Of a stretch of 64,000 nt of DNA, positions 35,492 through 46,407 are shown in pieces. The position numbers were made by a program, and so were the translations under genes. Source of the stretch: a virus (lineage: Duplodnaviria > Heunggongvirae > Uroviricota > Caudoviricetes); IMG/VR virus record IMGVR_UViG_2974603165_000001, positions 66,589 through 130,588 of that record; one strand, written 5' to 3'. The stretch's first letter is position 1, and every line of letters starts with the position of its first letter. The notes beneath the pieces are model-generated. The model did not search any database, was not told the origin of the DNA, and was given only the letters and a program-made list of their open reading frames with translations.

Positions 35492-35995
35492 GTGCCGTAT
35501 ACCAAAAGCCTTTGGGTTAAAACCGACAAACAAATCGCAGCACTCAGAGCCATCCTTCTTGAAGAGCAGAATGGTCTTGACCCAATCCTGAACGAGCCTA
35601 TCCACGGCGTCGCTTGTTTGGATCATGATCACTTTGACGGGAGGGTGCGTGGTGTTGTTAGCCAATGCGTGAATACGTTTGAAGGACAGGTTCTTAAAGC
35701 GTGGATGAAATACGTGGCTCCTTACACAGAGACGACGTTATCAACCGCCCTGAGAAACTTAGCTGATTATCTGGAGCAGGATACCAGTGATAAGCATTTC
35801 CACGGTAAACACATGGACACCATGAAGACAACTGTGAAGAAATGGAGTTCGGAGACTATCCGGCGCAAGTCCTTAGAGGACTTTGGTGTGGAGATCGACG
35901 AATCCCTGGACAAAACAGAGACCGTGAGAGCCTACATGACGGCATTCATCAAGCAAGTGGAGGAAGACCTTTGGCAAACGAACTACCCATCTTGA
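35492..35995 (+). CDS. endonuclease VII family (T4 gp49-like) HNH nuclease
   Basis: ACLDHDHFDGRVRGVVSQCVN matches the Endo VII HLDHDH..G.VRG..C..CN signature; GTG start. Confidence 0.6.
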   Translation: MPYTKSLWVKTDKQIAALRAILLEEQNGLDPILNEPIHGVACLDHDHFDGRVRGVVSQCVNTFEGQVLKAWMKYVAPYTETTLSTALRNLADYLEQDTSDKHFHGKHMDTMKTTVKKWSSETIRRKSLEDFGVEIDESLDKTETVRAYMTAFIKQVEEDLWQTNYPS

Positions 35996-36183
35996 AGTTC
36001 TACTACAAGAACTATCGGGGTGAATACGGTCTCCGTACCGTGCAAGATCCTAAATGGCGATTCGGTTCTACCGAATATCACAAAGAACCGCAGTGGTTGA
36101 TTGACGCTTTTGATGTGGACAAGCAAGATTTCCGCACCTTCGCAGCAGCAGACATTGTGGAAATTTTCCGAGAGGTCAAATGA
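35992..36183 (+). CDS. hypothetical small protein, or C-terminal extension reached by frameshift (uncertain)
   Basis: +1-frame ORF continues 63 codons beyond Endo VII stop; only TTG/ATC start candidates, no RBS. Confidence 0.2.
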   Translation: MKFYYKNYRGEYGLRTVQDPKWRFGSTEYHKEPQWLIDAFDVDKQDFRTFAAADIVEIFREVK

Positions 36184-37142
36184 GCTTAACAGCAGAACAG
36201 ATTATCGAACTGAAATCGAAAGGGATGAGCAACCGTGAGATTGCCCGTGAATACTTGGGGAAAGAAAGCAAGGAATCGACTATTCGTCTGGTTCTTAAAC
36301 GCTCTCAAGACATCGCTATTGAAGCGGTTGTTGATAGTGTTGTGCAAGAACATCCCGGCGCTAAGATCTTTCTTGGTGATGTGGAAGTGTCTCCGACTCT
36401 TGCGTGGGCCTTTAACCGCTTTAAGGCGTTCATTACGCCGTCGCACGTAGAGCAAGAGCCTTACATGCTGACATGGGCTGGTAAGTGGCTGCATAACCCT
36501 GCGATCATCAGTCGTAAGCTGCCTGACTATGACACGTTCAAAACCGACGTAGGTGATGACCGTGAGTTGGTGGAAGAGCTGTGGCACATCTTAGATGAGT
36601 GCGACATCTTCATTGCACACAACGCTCGTTTCGACAAGGGCTGGGCAAACCAACGCTTTGCGTTCCACGGTATGCAACCACCGTCTCCGTACATCGTGAT
36701 TGACACGCTGGCGGCGATTAAGGAAGCATTCTCCTTACCGTCAAACGCACTGGAAGCTGCAACTAACTACTTCCTGCTGGAGCGTAAGCGACACCACGAA
36801 GGGATCTCGCTGTGGATCAAGTGTTGCAAGGGTGATGTGGAAGCATTCGAGGAAATGGAATACTACAACATTGGTGACATCCCAACGTTGGAAGGTCTGT
36901 ACCTCAAAGTGCGTCCGTTCATGAAGAAGCACCCGAACGTCAATCTCTTTGGGGAAGACGATATTCTGCGCTGTGTACGTTGTGGGTCTGACGCCGTGTC
37001 AGCGATCCCTGGTAAAGTGGGAACCACGTACCTGTCAACATTCCAGGCTTACCGCTGCGATTGCTGTGGTTCTGTAATGCGTGACCGCCGCAATATCCGT
37101 ACCAAGGAAGAGATGCAGGCGACTCTGGTAAACATCATTTAA
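36180..37142 (+). CDS. HTH domain + DEDDy-type 3'-5' exonuclease + C-terminal zinc ribbon protein
   Basis: sigma-r4-like HTH LKSKGMSNREIAREYLG; Exo II IFIAHNARFDKGW; Exo III Y(x3)D in EYYNIGDIP; CVRCGS...CDCCGS ribbon. Confidence 0.5.
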   Translation: MSLTAEQIIELKSKGMSNREIAREYLGKESKESTIRLVLKRSQDIAIEAVVDSVVQEHPGAKIFLGDVEVSPTLAWAFNRFKAFITPSHVEQEPYMLTWAGKWLHNPAIISRKLPDYDTFKTDVGDDRELVEELWHILDECDIFIAHNARFDKGWANQRFAFHGMQPPSPYIVIDTLAAIKEAFSLPSNALEAATNYFLLERKRHHEGISLWIKCCKGDVEAFEEMEYYNIGDIPTLEGLYLKVRPFMKKHPNVNLFGEDDILRCVRCGSDAVSAIPGKVGTTYLSTFQAYRCDCCGSVMRDRRNIRTKEEMQATLVNII

Positions 37143-37161
37143 GGGCTTCGGCCCTTCTTTT
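37143..37161 (+). terminator. rho-independent terminator
   Basis: GGGC-TTCG-GCCC hairpin followed by TTCTTTT. Confidence 0.55.
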
Positions 37162-37170
37162 GGAGGCTTA

Positions 37171-37371
37171 GTGACTTTACTGAAAATTGATGGCCCGGAC
37201 GGTGAACTGATCGTCCCGGAAGAAAACGACCCGGAATGGCAAGCCGCAGTGCTCAGTGAACTGAAAGTTCGCTTAGAGATGCTGGAAGAGCACGTCTACG
37301 ATGAGGGATACAAACTTCATGGTGAGTGCTTGACTCTCGTAAATGGCCTGCAAGAATACACCGGGGGTTAA
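37171..37371 (+). CDS. hypothetical small protein
   Basis: 66 aa acidic. Confidence 0.45.
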   Translation: MTLLKIDGPDGELIVPEENDPEWQAAVLSELKVRLEMLEEHVYDEGYKLHGECLTLVNGLQEYTGG

Positions 37372-37372
37372 T

Positions 37373-37984
37373 GTGAGCAAGGATTTAAAGATTGTGGTGC
37401 TAAACGCACCGCCAAGCAGCGGCAAGGATCAGATCGCTGAATATCTGTCAGAGGAATACGGTGCTGTTCACGTTGAAGTGAAAGAGCTTTTATTCCAGGT
37501 GGCAGTACGTGCAGCAGGTGTTACGCGTCAGTTATGGGATGCGTTATACACCCGCGAGTACAAAGAGATCCCAACACCGTATCTGATGATCAATGGTGTG
37601 AGTGTCTCTCCTCGTCAGTGGATGATTCACTGCTCAGAGAATGTCATCAAGCCAACGTTCGGTAAGGATGCTTTCGGACGCGCAGCAGTGCAAGACCTGA
37701 TCAATCGACGCTTGCGTCCTGGTTCGGTTGTGGTATTCTCTGACGGCGGTTTCAAAGAGGAAATCGGGAACCTGTCTGAGTTTGCTCATGAAGGCGGCGG
37801 TGACTTCTTCCTGGCTCGTATTACCCGTAAGGGTTACGGGTGGGGCAATGACAGCCGGAGCTATCTGTACCTCGACGGTATGAAGGGCCGTGAAGCCGAT
37901 TTTGAGAACCTCGAAAATCAGTTGGTTGACTGTGCAGAGGACATTTGGATGTGGGTGAATAAGGATCATGACGAAGATGAGTAA
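37373..37984 (+). CDS. P-loop nucleotide kinase (dNMP kinase-like)
   Basis: GTG start right after upstream stop with GGGGG RBS; Walker A NAPPSSGKD; layout like T4 gp1-type dNMP kinases. Confidence 0.55.
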   Translation: MSKDLKIVVLNAPPSSGKDQIAEYLSEEYGAVHVEVKELLFQVAVRAAGVTRQLWDALYTREYKEIPTPYLMINGVSVSPRQWMIHCSENVIKPTFGKDAFGRAAVQDLINRRLRPGSVVVFSDGGFKEEIGNLSEFAHEGGGDFFLARITRKGYGWGNDSRSYLYLDGMKGREADFENLENQLVDCAEDIWMWVNKDHDEDE

Positions 37985-38579
37985 ACCATTACAAATCGGT
38001 ATCGACGTGGACTTGACCTGGGTGGACTCAGGCTCTGCATGGCTGGCGTGGTTGGAGAAGGCGTATGGCATCAAGGTTGACTGGGATTTACCTCCCAAAC
38101 TTCCTGATGGTGCATTGCACTACAATCTGACCAAATACTTCCCACCGCCGGGGCCGCACCAGTTGTCTGGTATGGCCTTCTGGGAAGAAACGCACCTGTA
38201 CGACACCTTGCTTCCCCGTGAAGGTGCAGTTGATGCACTGGAAGCCTTGGTTAAGGCTGGACACTTCGCTCACTTCATCTCGATGTGTAAGAAGGGTCAC
38301 TTCTCCTCTAAGGTTCGTAACATTGAACGTCACACAGCCCATTTCATGGATCTGGAACCCCACAACGGTCACGGATTCTATGCGACAAAGAACAAAGGGA
38401 TGCTAAAAGTTGATGTCATCATTGATGATCGCAACAGCTTCCTGAACCAGTTTGGTGGGGATGTGATTAAGATCAAGTTTGATACACCTTACTCTCAGGA
38501 CGAAGGTTTGATTGGTACACCGGACTTGGTTACCGCAGACTGGACTGTGATTAAGGATTTCATCCTGGATCTGGCGTAA
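37968..38579 (+). CDS. HAD-superfamily phosphatase / 5'-nucleotidase-like
   Basis: HAD motif I IGIDVDLTW (DxDxT) near N-terminus. Confidence 0.55.
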   Translation: MTKMSKPLQIGIDVDLTWVDSGSAWLAWLEKAYGIKVDWDLPPKLPDGALHYNLTKYFPPPGPHQLSGMAFWEETHLYDTLLPREGAVDALEALVKAGHFAHFISMCKKGHFSSKVRNIERHTAHFMDLEPHNGHGFYATKNKGMLKVDVIIDDRNSFLNQFGGDVIKIKFDTPYSQDEGLIGTPDLVTADWTVIKDFILDLA

Positions 38580-38776
38580 TGCGTAGATACTGTAGCGGTG
38601 ATTTTATCGTTCGCTATGGAGACACAGTGGAGGTCTTCCTCAAAACGGGGGAGTTCTTCCACTCTTTCAGGGCAACGAGCGATATGTGTGAGGAAACCCT
38701 CACGCGATTTTTAGTGTTTCGTGCAGGTATGACACCAGGCACAGAATACACATTCAAGAGGAGAGCAATGAAATGA
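38579..38776 (+). CDS. hypothetical small protein
   Basis: 65 aa. Confidence 0.4.
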   Translation: MRRYCSGDFIVRYGDTVEVFLKTGEFFHSFRATSDMCEETLTRFLVFRAGMTPGTEYTFKRRAMK

Positions 38777-39741
38777 CGAATTTGATGACTGCAACCATCG
38801 TGGCAGACAGCATCAGCGAACAAGGTGTTCGCATCACAACTTTCGAGTTGGAATATCCCCGCATCATCCATAGTGAGTTTATGACTCATCGTCTGTTCAG
38901 CCGCAACGCTATGAGCAGCCGTGCGATCCCAATCGCCACTATGATCCAACAAGTTATGAACGACCCGGCAATGCCTGTCCGTTTTGGTGCTAACCAAGCT
39001 GGTATGCAGGACAAGGGTGGCAATCATGATGCTCTAATCAACGCAGGCTACACCGCCCAAGAATGGTGGCAATTAGCTGGTATCAGTGCCGCTAAGTTTG
39101 CAGAGGGCTTTGCAGACGCAGGTTATCACAAACAGATCGGTAACCGTCTACTGGAGCCGTTCCAGCGTATGAAAACCGTATTGACCGCTACTGAGTTTGA
39201 AAACTTCTGGTGGTTGCGTGTTGATAAGGACGCTGATCCGACGATCTATGCTCTGGCAGAGATTATGCACAAGTCGTTCAAGGAAAGCACCCCGGAACTG
39301 CTGAAAGCTGGTCAGTGGCACACTCCTTATGTGTATCACTCAACCAAAGCAGACGACTCTTTCCACGGATACTATGTCGTTGGTGATGATGACTGGCCTG
39401 TAGAACTGACTGAGCAGGAAGCCTTAGCGATCTCCGCCTCGTGTTGTGCTCAAGTTAGCTATCGCCGTCTGAACAACACCAAAGACAAGGCGCTGGACAT
39501 CTACGAGAAACTGTTAAGCGGCAACAAGGTTCATGCGTCTCCATTCGAGCACCAAGCAACGCCGTTGGCTAAGACTATCGACGATTCCTGGAAAGGACGT
39601 TACCTGAATAACCATGATGACCCGAACACTTGGGAGAAGGGAATCACTCACGTTGACCGTGATGGTAATTTCTGGTCAGGCAACCTCCGTGGCTGGTCAC
39701 AACATCGTCAGTCAGTACCGAACAATGTAGTTCGGGGTTGA
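38773..39741 (+). CDS. thyX: flavin-dependent thymidylate synthase (ThyX-like)
   Basis: ThyX-type motif MTHRLFSRNAMSSRAIP (RHRxxxxxxxS-like with T for first R); 322 aa. Confidence 0.6.
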   Translation: MTNLMTATIVADSISEQGVRITTFELEYPRIIHSEFMTHRLFSRNAMSSRAIPIATMIQQVMNDPAMPVRFGANQAGMQDKGGNHDALINAGYTAQEWWQLAGISAAKFAEGFADAGYHKQIGNRLLEPFQRMKTVLTATEFENFWWLRVDKDADPTIYALAEIMHKSFKESTPELLKAGQWHTPYVYHSTKADDSFHGYYVVGDDDWPVELTEQEALAISASCCAQVSYRRLNNTKDKALDIYEKLLSGNKVHASPFEHQATPLAKTIDDSWKGRYLNNHDDPNTWEKGITHVDRDGNFWSGNLRGWSQHRQSVPNNVVRG

Positions 39742-39768
39742 CAAAGATAGCCCTTCGGGGTTATCTTA
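39738..39768 (+). promoter_or_regulatory. candidate promoter overlapping thyX terminator-like hairpin
   Basis: TTGACA then 18-19 nt containing CCC-TTCG-GGG hairpin then TTATCT/TAGAT. Confidence 0.3.
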
Positions 39769-39773
39769 GATGA

Positions 39774-40325
39774 ATGAAATACGGGGTCGATTTGACCCCG
39801 AGGCCAAACGGAGAGCACATGAACACGACTGAAAAGAAAGCACCAAAACGTAGAGCAACCCAACATATCTCCGTGACTATCGACCTACTTCGAACGTTTC
39901 CAGATCTGGATGTGACGAAGGATGCAGATCTTCACGTAGCATTGTACCGCGTCGGATTCGACGCCCTGACCGACGAGAACACCGGGAAGGTAGTGGCACT
40001 GAGAGAATTCTCGGTACTCGCAGGTAAAAATGTACGTTGTGCAGACAAACCTTACATGTATCGTCAGACGATTATCTTCGCTGGCAATATGCGTCCGGGT
40101 TTCAAACACGCACGAATCTATAACAACATCGACATCTTAGATGTGGGTATTTATAACGGCTTAGAAGCCAAGCTGGTCTCTGACCTTCCATACGATCTGC
40201 CCGTGACTGAAAAAGTGAACACTCGTAAGTACACCAAGAAAGGTGACCGCGACGAAATGGTTCGCATTGATTTCACTCCAGAAGATGAGGATCGTCTGGG
40301 CGACATCTTTGGCGAGGGGAACTAA
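39774..40325 (+). CDS. hypothetical protein (alternative start ATG 39819)
   Basis: 183-aa ORF; internal ATG 39819 has GGAG RBS. Confidence 0.5.
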   Translation: MKYGVDLTPRPNGEHMNTTEKKAPKRRATQHISVTIDLLRTFPDLDVTKDADLHVALYRVGFDALTDENTGKVVALREFSVLAGKNVRCADKPYMYRQTIIFAGNMRPGFKHARIYNNIDILDVGIYNGLEAKLVSDLPYDLPVTEKVNTRKYTKKGDRDEMVRIDFTPEDEDRLGDIFGEGN

Positions 40326-40546
40326 TGGCTACCAAAACAACCAGATGGAAAGACCGTGGCTTTGATGACAAACAGCATTATGCCGGGTGGCTCCATTTCA
40401 ACGACTTGGCAGACGAGTGCAAAATGCACGATGATGTCTACCACGATCCTTATACCGGGCAGGTAATCAACATCACGGATTCGCCAGATGGCGGTAATCT
40501 CGACGATGATGAATTTGAAGATTTCAACTCTCAGGAGGATGAGTGA
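40325..40546 (+). CDS. hypothetical acidic small protein
   Basis: 73 aa, Asp/Glu-rich C-terminus. Confidence 0.45.
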   Translation: MATKTTRWKDRGFDDKQHYAGWLHFNDLADECKMHDDVYHDPYTGQVINITDSPDGGNLDDDEFEDFNSQEDE

Positions 40547-40950
40547 CCGAGAAGAACATTTTAGTGGTGTACTACTCCAGTCGAACGGAGAACACACACC
40601 GCTTTGTGGGAAAACTCGGACTCAGCAATACACTCCGGCTACAGAAAGGGGAAGCACCACCCCTTGTGGATGAGAAGTTCATCCTGATCTGTCCGAGTTA
40701 TGGCGGTGGCGCTGTTAAAGGCTCCATACCTCCAGAGGTGTACGGCCTGTTGAACAGGGAATCAAACCGGGCCAACCTTCTCGGTGTCATCGGTGCTGGC
40801 AATACCAATTTTGGGACAGCGTACTGCCAAGCTGCCAAGATGATAGCTGAGAAATGCGAAATCCCTTTGCTCTACACATTTGAGCTTATGGGATCTACCG
40901 ACGATGTGGATAAAATAAAACGAGGAGTGGAAAACTTTGGAAAAGATTAA
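40543..40950 (+). CDS. nrdI: NrdI flavodoxin-like protein (class Ib RNR accessory)
   Basis: [16 protein letters not shown]... flavodoxin-like NrdI pattern, immediately upstream of nrdE. Confidence 0.75.
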   Translation: MTEKNILVVYYSSRTENTHRFVGKLGLSNTLRLQKGEAPPLVDEKFILICPSYGGGAVKGSIPPEVYGLLNRESNRANLLGVIGAGNTNFGTAYCQAAKMIAEKCEIPLLYTFELMGSTDDVDKIKRGVENFGKD

Positions 40951-43105
40951 CAGTTCTGAAACCAGCCGTGTGGAAGGTTTGGACTATCACGCTTTAAACG
41001 CGATGCTGAACCTGGTTGGTCAGGACGGTAACATCCCGTTCGACATGGACAAGTTGGCGGTGAAGAAATACTTCCTTGATCATGTGAATGAAAACACTGT
41101 CTTCTTCCACGACCTGAAAGAGAAGCTGAATTACCTCGTCAAGAACGACTACTACGACGAGACAGTGATCGACATGTACAGTTTCGCTTTCACCAAGCGT
41201 CTGTTCAAGAAGGCGTACAAGTACGAGTTCCGTTTCGAGACTTTCCTCGGAGCATTGAAATTCTATCAGGGCTACGCTTTGAAGAACTTCAAAGGGGATC
41301 GTTACCTGGAGCGTTTCGAAGATCGCGTCTGTATGGTGGCTCTGTATCTCGCAGGCGGGAAAGAGGATATCGCAGAAGGTTACTTGGAAGAGATGATGAC
41401 TGGTCGATTCCAGCCAGCAACTCCGACATTCCTGAACTGCGGTAAAAAACAACGTGGTGAACTGGTTTCATGCTTCCTGCTCCGCGTGGAAGACAACATG
41501 GAATCAATCGGCAAGGCGGTTCTGTCATCTCTACAGCTTTCTAAGCGTGGTGGTGGTGTTTCTCTGTTGCTGTCCAACCTTCGTGAGACTGGAGCACCAA
41601 TCAAGAAGATTGAAAACCAATCCTCTGGTGTTATCCCGGTAATGAAGATGTTGGAAGATGCCTTCTCCTACGCTAACCAGTTGGGAGCACGTCAAGGCGC
41701 TGGCGCGGTCTACTTAAACGTACACCACCCAGACATCATGACGTTCCTGGACACTAAGCGTGAGAACGCCGACGAGAAGATCCGTATCAAAACCCTGTCT
41801 TTAGGTGTTGTGATCCCGGATGTAACCTTCAAGCTGGCTAAAGAAGGTCGTGAGATGGCCCTGTTCTCTCCATACGATGTTGAGCGCATCTACAAGACGG
41901 CGTTTGCTGACATCAGTGTGACAGAGATGTACGACACTCTGCTTGCAGATGACCGTATCCGTAAGACTTACATCGACCCTCGCGAAGTGTTCCGACGCAT
42001 TGCGGAGATTCAGTTTGAGTCTGGCTATCCATACATCATGTATGAAGACACAGTAAATCGGGCCAACCCAATCGCTGGTCGTATCAACATGAGTAATCTG
42101 TGCTCGGAGATCCTCCAGGTAAACACCCCAGCGGTGTTGAATGAAGACTCTACGTACAAGGTGATGGGTAAAGACATCTCCTGCAACTTGGGTTCTCAGA
42201 ACATCGCTAAGGCGATGGAATCACCTGACTTCGGTCTGAGTGTTGAACGTGCAATCCGTGCATTGACTGCGGTATCCGATATGAGTGACATCGCTTCGGT
42301 TCCAACAGTTCAGTACGGTAACAGCAAGTCACACGCTATCGGTCTGGGCCAGATGAACATGCACGGGTATCTCGCGAGTCAACGTATCCATTACGGATCT
42401 GAGGAATCGTTAGACTTCACCAACATGTATTTCTATACTGTTGCGTTCCATGCACTGAGAACATCAAACCTGATCGCTCGTGAGCGCAAAGAGGTGTTCG
42501 ACGGTTTTGAGGATTCTAAGTACGCTTCCGGCGAGTATTTTGACAAATACATCAACGGCGTGTGGGAACCTCGCACCGAGAAGGTTCGTGAACTGTTTGA
42601 AAAAGCAGGCATCGCGATCCCAACACCTGGTGATTGGGAGACCTTGAAGAAGGATGTTATGGAGTTTGGTATCTACAACCAGAACCTCCAGGCGATCCCT
42701 CCGACAGGATCTATCTCCTACATCAACAACTCTACAGCCTCCATCCACCCGGTGGCCCGTGGAATTGAGATCAGGAAGGAAGGAAAGACGGGACGTATCT
42801 ACTTCCCGGCACCATACATGACGAATGAGAACCGCGAATATTATAAGAGCGCTTATGATGTTGGCTACAAGGGGATCATCGACCTGTACGCGGAAGCGAC
42901 ACAGCACGTTGACCAGGGTCTGTCTCTGACTCTGTTCATGTACGGCGATGTGGACACTCGTGAACTGAACCTTGCTCAGATTTACGCGTTCAAAAAGGGC
43001 ATCAAAACCCTTTACTACGTCCGCCTGCAACAGGCAGCGCTGGAAGGAACTCAGATCCAACCGACACAACAGACCATTGAGTCTTGTGTCTCTTGCGAAC
43101 TGTAA
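40937..43105 (+). CDS. nrdE: ribonucleotide reductase class Ib alpha subunit
   Basis: 722 aa, N-terminus [12 protein letters not shown] like NrdE, active-site NLCSEI; TTG start. Confidence 0.85.
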   Translation: MEKINSSETSRVEGLDYHALNAMLNLVGQDGNIPFDMDKLAVKKYFLDHVNENTVFFHDLKEKLNYLVKNDYYDETVIDMYSFAFTKRLFKKAYKYEFRFETFLGALKFYQGYALKNFKGDRYLERFEDRVCMVALYLAGGKEDIAEGYLEEMMTGRFQPATPTFLNCGKKQRGELVSCFLLRVEDNMESIGKAVLSSLQLSKRGGGVSLLLSNLRETGAPIKKIENQSSGVIPVMKMLEDAFSYANQLGARQGAGAVYLNVHHPDIMTFLDTKRENADEKIRIKTLSLGVVIPDVTFKLAKEGREMALFSPYDVERIYKTAFADISVTEMYDTLLADDRIRKTYIDPREVFRRIAEIQFESGYPYIMYEDTVNRANPIAGRINMSNLCSEILQVNTPAVLNEDSTYKVMGKDISCNLGSQNIAKAMESPDFGLSVERAIRALTAVSDMSDIASVPTVQYGNSKSHAIGLGQMNMHGYLASQRIHYGSEESLDFTNMYFYTVAFHALRTSNLIARERKEVFDGFEDSKYASGEYFDKYINGVWEPRTEKVRELFEKAGIAIPTPGDWETLKKDVMEFGIYNQNLQAIPPTGSISYINNSTASIHPVARGIEIRKEGKTGRIYFPAPYMTNENREYYKSAYDVGYKGIIDLYAEATQHVDQGLSLTLFMYGDVDTRELNLAQIYAFKKGIKTLYYVRLQQAALEGTQIQPTQQTIESCVSCEL

Positions 43106-43112
43106 AACTATT

Positions 43113-43139
43113 AGCACGGGGAAACCCGTGCTTTCTCCC
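43113..43139 (+). terminator. terminator hairpin after nrdE
   Basis: AGCACGGG-GAAA-CCCGTGCT followed by TTCTCCC. Confidence 0.45.
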
Positions 43140-43146
43140 TACATGA

Positions 43147-44127
<981 letters not shown>

Positions 44128-44235
44128 GGAAGGGCTATGGACTCAAGTTTTAATCCGAAGGGGATCAACGTCCTCTTCAACGGCATCCCTGTTGAGGGCT
44201 ATGCCGAAGATACCCGAATCGAGATAGGAGAAAAG

Positions 44236-44469
44236 ATGAGCTACACCATTTATGGTAAGGATAACTGCAAATTCTGCACCGCAGCTAAAGAGCTGCTGAT
44301 CGCAAAGGCTCTGCCTTTCGTTTACCTTACTTTGGGCGAGGATTATACCAGAGAGCAACTGATTGAAAAGTGCGCCCCGGTAATCCCCCGCACTGTGCCT
44401 CAGATTTTCGACGGATATGGAAATTACATTGGCGGTTTTACCGAACTGTCCGCTTCCATTTCTGAATAA
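44236..44469 (+). CDS. nrdH: NrdH-like glutaredoxin
   Basis: start at ATG 44236 (GGAGAAAAG RBS); MSYTIYGKDNCKFC redox CxxC, TVPQIF and GG motifs. Confidence 0.65.
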   Translation: MSYTIYGKDNCKFCTAAKELLIAKALPFVYLTLGEDYTREQLIEKCAPVIPRTVPQIFDGYGNYIGGFTELSASISE

Positions 44470-44494
44470 AACGTGATAAAAAGGAGAGAGACCT

Positions 44495-44632
44495 ATGAGC
44501 AAAAAAGCACTTCGTAAAGCCTGCCAGAAAGAACTGGCAATGGCCCTTCGCACGAAACGTGGTCGTAAAGACCGTCCTCGTGATAACGAATCAGGCTCCT
44601 TTGACCAACCACAGGTGGGATACGATGCCTAA
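44495..44632 (+). CDS. small basic protein (45 aa)
   Basis: AAAAGGAGAGAGACC RBS then ATG; below ORF-track cutoff. Confidence 0.4.
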   Translation: MSKKALRKACQKELAMALRTKRGRKDRPRDNESGSFDQPQVGYDA

Positions 44633-45017
44633 GAAAAGCACCGCAGTGATTGAAGAAGAAAAACTGGCTCTTGCAACAGAGCTTGTCTATCTGATGACAC
44701 CGCGTCTGATGGGGGAGTTCACTGCGAAGCTGGACGCCAACATTGAGAATCTGGAAGCTGTAAAGGCGCTGGCAATCAAAGATGCCGATACCAAAACAGC
44801 GGAAGAACTCCTGGTGAAGCTAAAGGCGCAGATGGATAAAATCCTGAGTGGTCACCCGGCTGATGCTCTGTCTAAGTTCTACATTGAGGAGATTGTGAAA
44901 TTCTCTACCCTGCAACAGCTTGAGATCGCGGTTGCATACGAGAAGTTCCATATCGGCCTTAATGGTTTGACCCCTCGTGCAGAGGTGGTGTTACAAGAGG
45001 CGCTTGGAGAGGTATAA
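44625..45017 (+). CDS. hypothetical protein
   Basis: start at ATG 44625; 130 aa. Confidence 0.5.
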   Translation: MPKKSTAVIEEEKLALATELVYLMTPRLMGEFTAKLDANIENLEAVKALAIKDADTKTAEELLVKLKAQMDKILSGHPADALSKFYIEEIVKFSTLQQLEIAVAYEKFHIGLNGLTPRAEVVLQEALGEV

Positions 45018-45033
45018 CCGTTGGAGGTTAACC

Positions 45034-45588
45034 TTGAAACTCACGCTTGATCAATTGAACAAGATCTTTCCTATCGGTGCATCTGCTGGGCGCAATGCCA
45101 AGTTCATTGATGCACTCAATGATCTGTTCGATAAGGGCGGTGTAAATACCGTCAACCGGATCGCCGGATTCCTTTCCCAAATCGGGGTGGAATCAGCGGA
45201 GTTCCGTTACGTCAAGGAGCTTGGAAACGATGCTTACTTCGACAAATACGATACCGGAACCTTAGCCGCTCGTCTCGGCAACACCCCAGAAAAGGACGGG
45301 GATGGAGCCAAGTACAAAGGCCGTGGTTTGATTCAGGTGACAGGTCTTGCTAACTACAAGGCTTGTGGTAAAGCCCTCGGGCTTGACCTGGTAAATCACC
45401 CGGAATTGCTTGAACAACCGAAGTACGCGGTTGCGAGTGCAGGTTGGTACTGGAACATGAGAAACATCAATGCCGCTTGCGATGCTGATGATATCACCCG
45501 TATCACGAAGCTGGTCAATGGTGGAACCAATCACCTGGCTGAACGTACCGCCTACTACAAGAAGGCAAAAAGTGTTCTAACCTCATAA
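45034..45588 (+). CDS. endolysin, glycoside hydrolase family 19 (chitinase-like lysozyme)
   Basis: GH19 motifs GFLSQIGVESAEF and KYKGRGLIQVTGLANY; TTG start 6 nt after GGAGGT RBS. Confidence 0.65.
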   Translation: MKLTLDQLNKIFPIGASAGRNAKFIDALNDLFDKGGVNTVNRIAGFLSQIGVESAEFRYVKELGNDAYFDKYDTGTLAARLGNTPEKDGDGAKYKGRGLIQVTGLANYKACGKALGLDLVNHPELLEQPKYAVASAGWYWNMRNINAACDADDITRITKLVNGGTNHLAERTAYYKKAKSVLTS

Positions 45589-45599
45589 GGAGACCCATT

Positions 45600-46397
45600 A
45601 TGGGCAGAAGCAAAGAGGCTCGTGCAAGAAAACTCGACGCTCGTCAGCAACAACGCTCGGAGCGTATCGAGAGAACCGCAAAGCACCACCCGAAATTCAA
45701 CGAGGAAAGAGCATCAGCACCGCCGCTCTCCCCAATGAATGAGAAGCAGCAAGATTACCTGCATAAGTTGCAAACCTGCAACATCATCATTGCAAAAGGG
45801 ATCTTCGGTACAGGTAAGACCTACCTGGCCTCCGCTTTAGCTGCGGACTTGCTACGTAAGAATGACCTCGACAAGATCATTGTCGCTCGTCCTTACGTGC
45901 AGACGGGTAAAACCTCCGGCTTCAAACCGGGAACATCTTTGGAGAAGTTATTCCCGTATGTGAGAAACATGCTGGATACGATCCGCAAGCGTATGGGTGA
46001 CGGAGCCTATTACAACGCGCTTAAAGATGGCTTGAATGGACGCATTGAAGTTCAGGAACTGGAAAGCATCCGTGGTCGTTCATTCGACGAACGTAGCTAC
46101 CTCCTGATCGACGAAGCGCAGCAGAGCACCCCGGAGGAGATGTTGAGTATCATCACTCGTATCTCTGATAACTGTACTCTGGTAGTCATGGGCGACGCCA
46201 GCCAGAAAGACATCAACGGTAAATCCGGTCTTGAATGGCTGATTGAGTTCACAGAGCGACACAACCTGGCTGGTGTAGGTGTGGTGTCCTTTGATGACCC
46301 AGAGAACGACATTGTTCGTGGTGGAATGGTTCGTGATATCGCGAAAGGTCTGATGACTGACCGTGCAAACGAAATCTACACACCGATGGCATCTTAA
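45600..46397 (+). CDS. phoH: PhoH-like ATPase
   Basis: Walker A IIAKGIFGTGKTYLA and PhoH-like downstream motifs. Confidence 0.8.
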   Translation: MGRSKEARARKLDARQQQRSERIERTAKHHPKFNEERASAPPLSPMNEKQQDYLHKLQTCNIIIAKGIFGTGKTYLASALAADLLRKNDLDKIIVARPYVQTGKTSGFKPGTSLEKLFPYVRNMLDTIRKRMGDGAYYNALKDGLNGRIEVQELESIRGRSFDERSYLLIDEAQQSTPEEMLSIITRISDNCTLVVMGDASQKDINGKSGLEWLIEFTERHNLAGVGVVSFDDPENDIVRGGMVRDIAKGLMTDRANEIYTPMAS

Positions 46398-46407
46398 CAG
46401 GAGGGTT

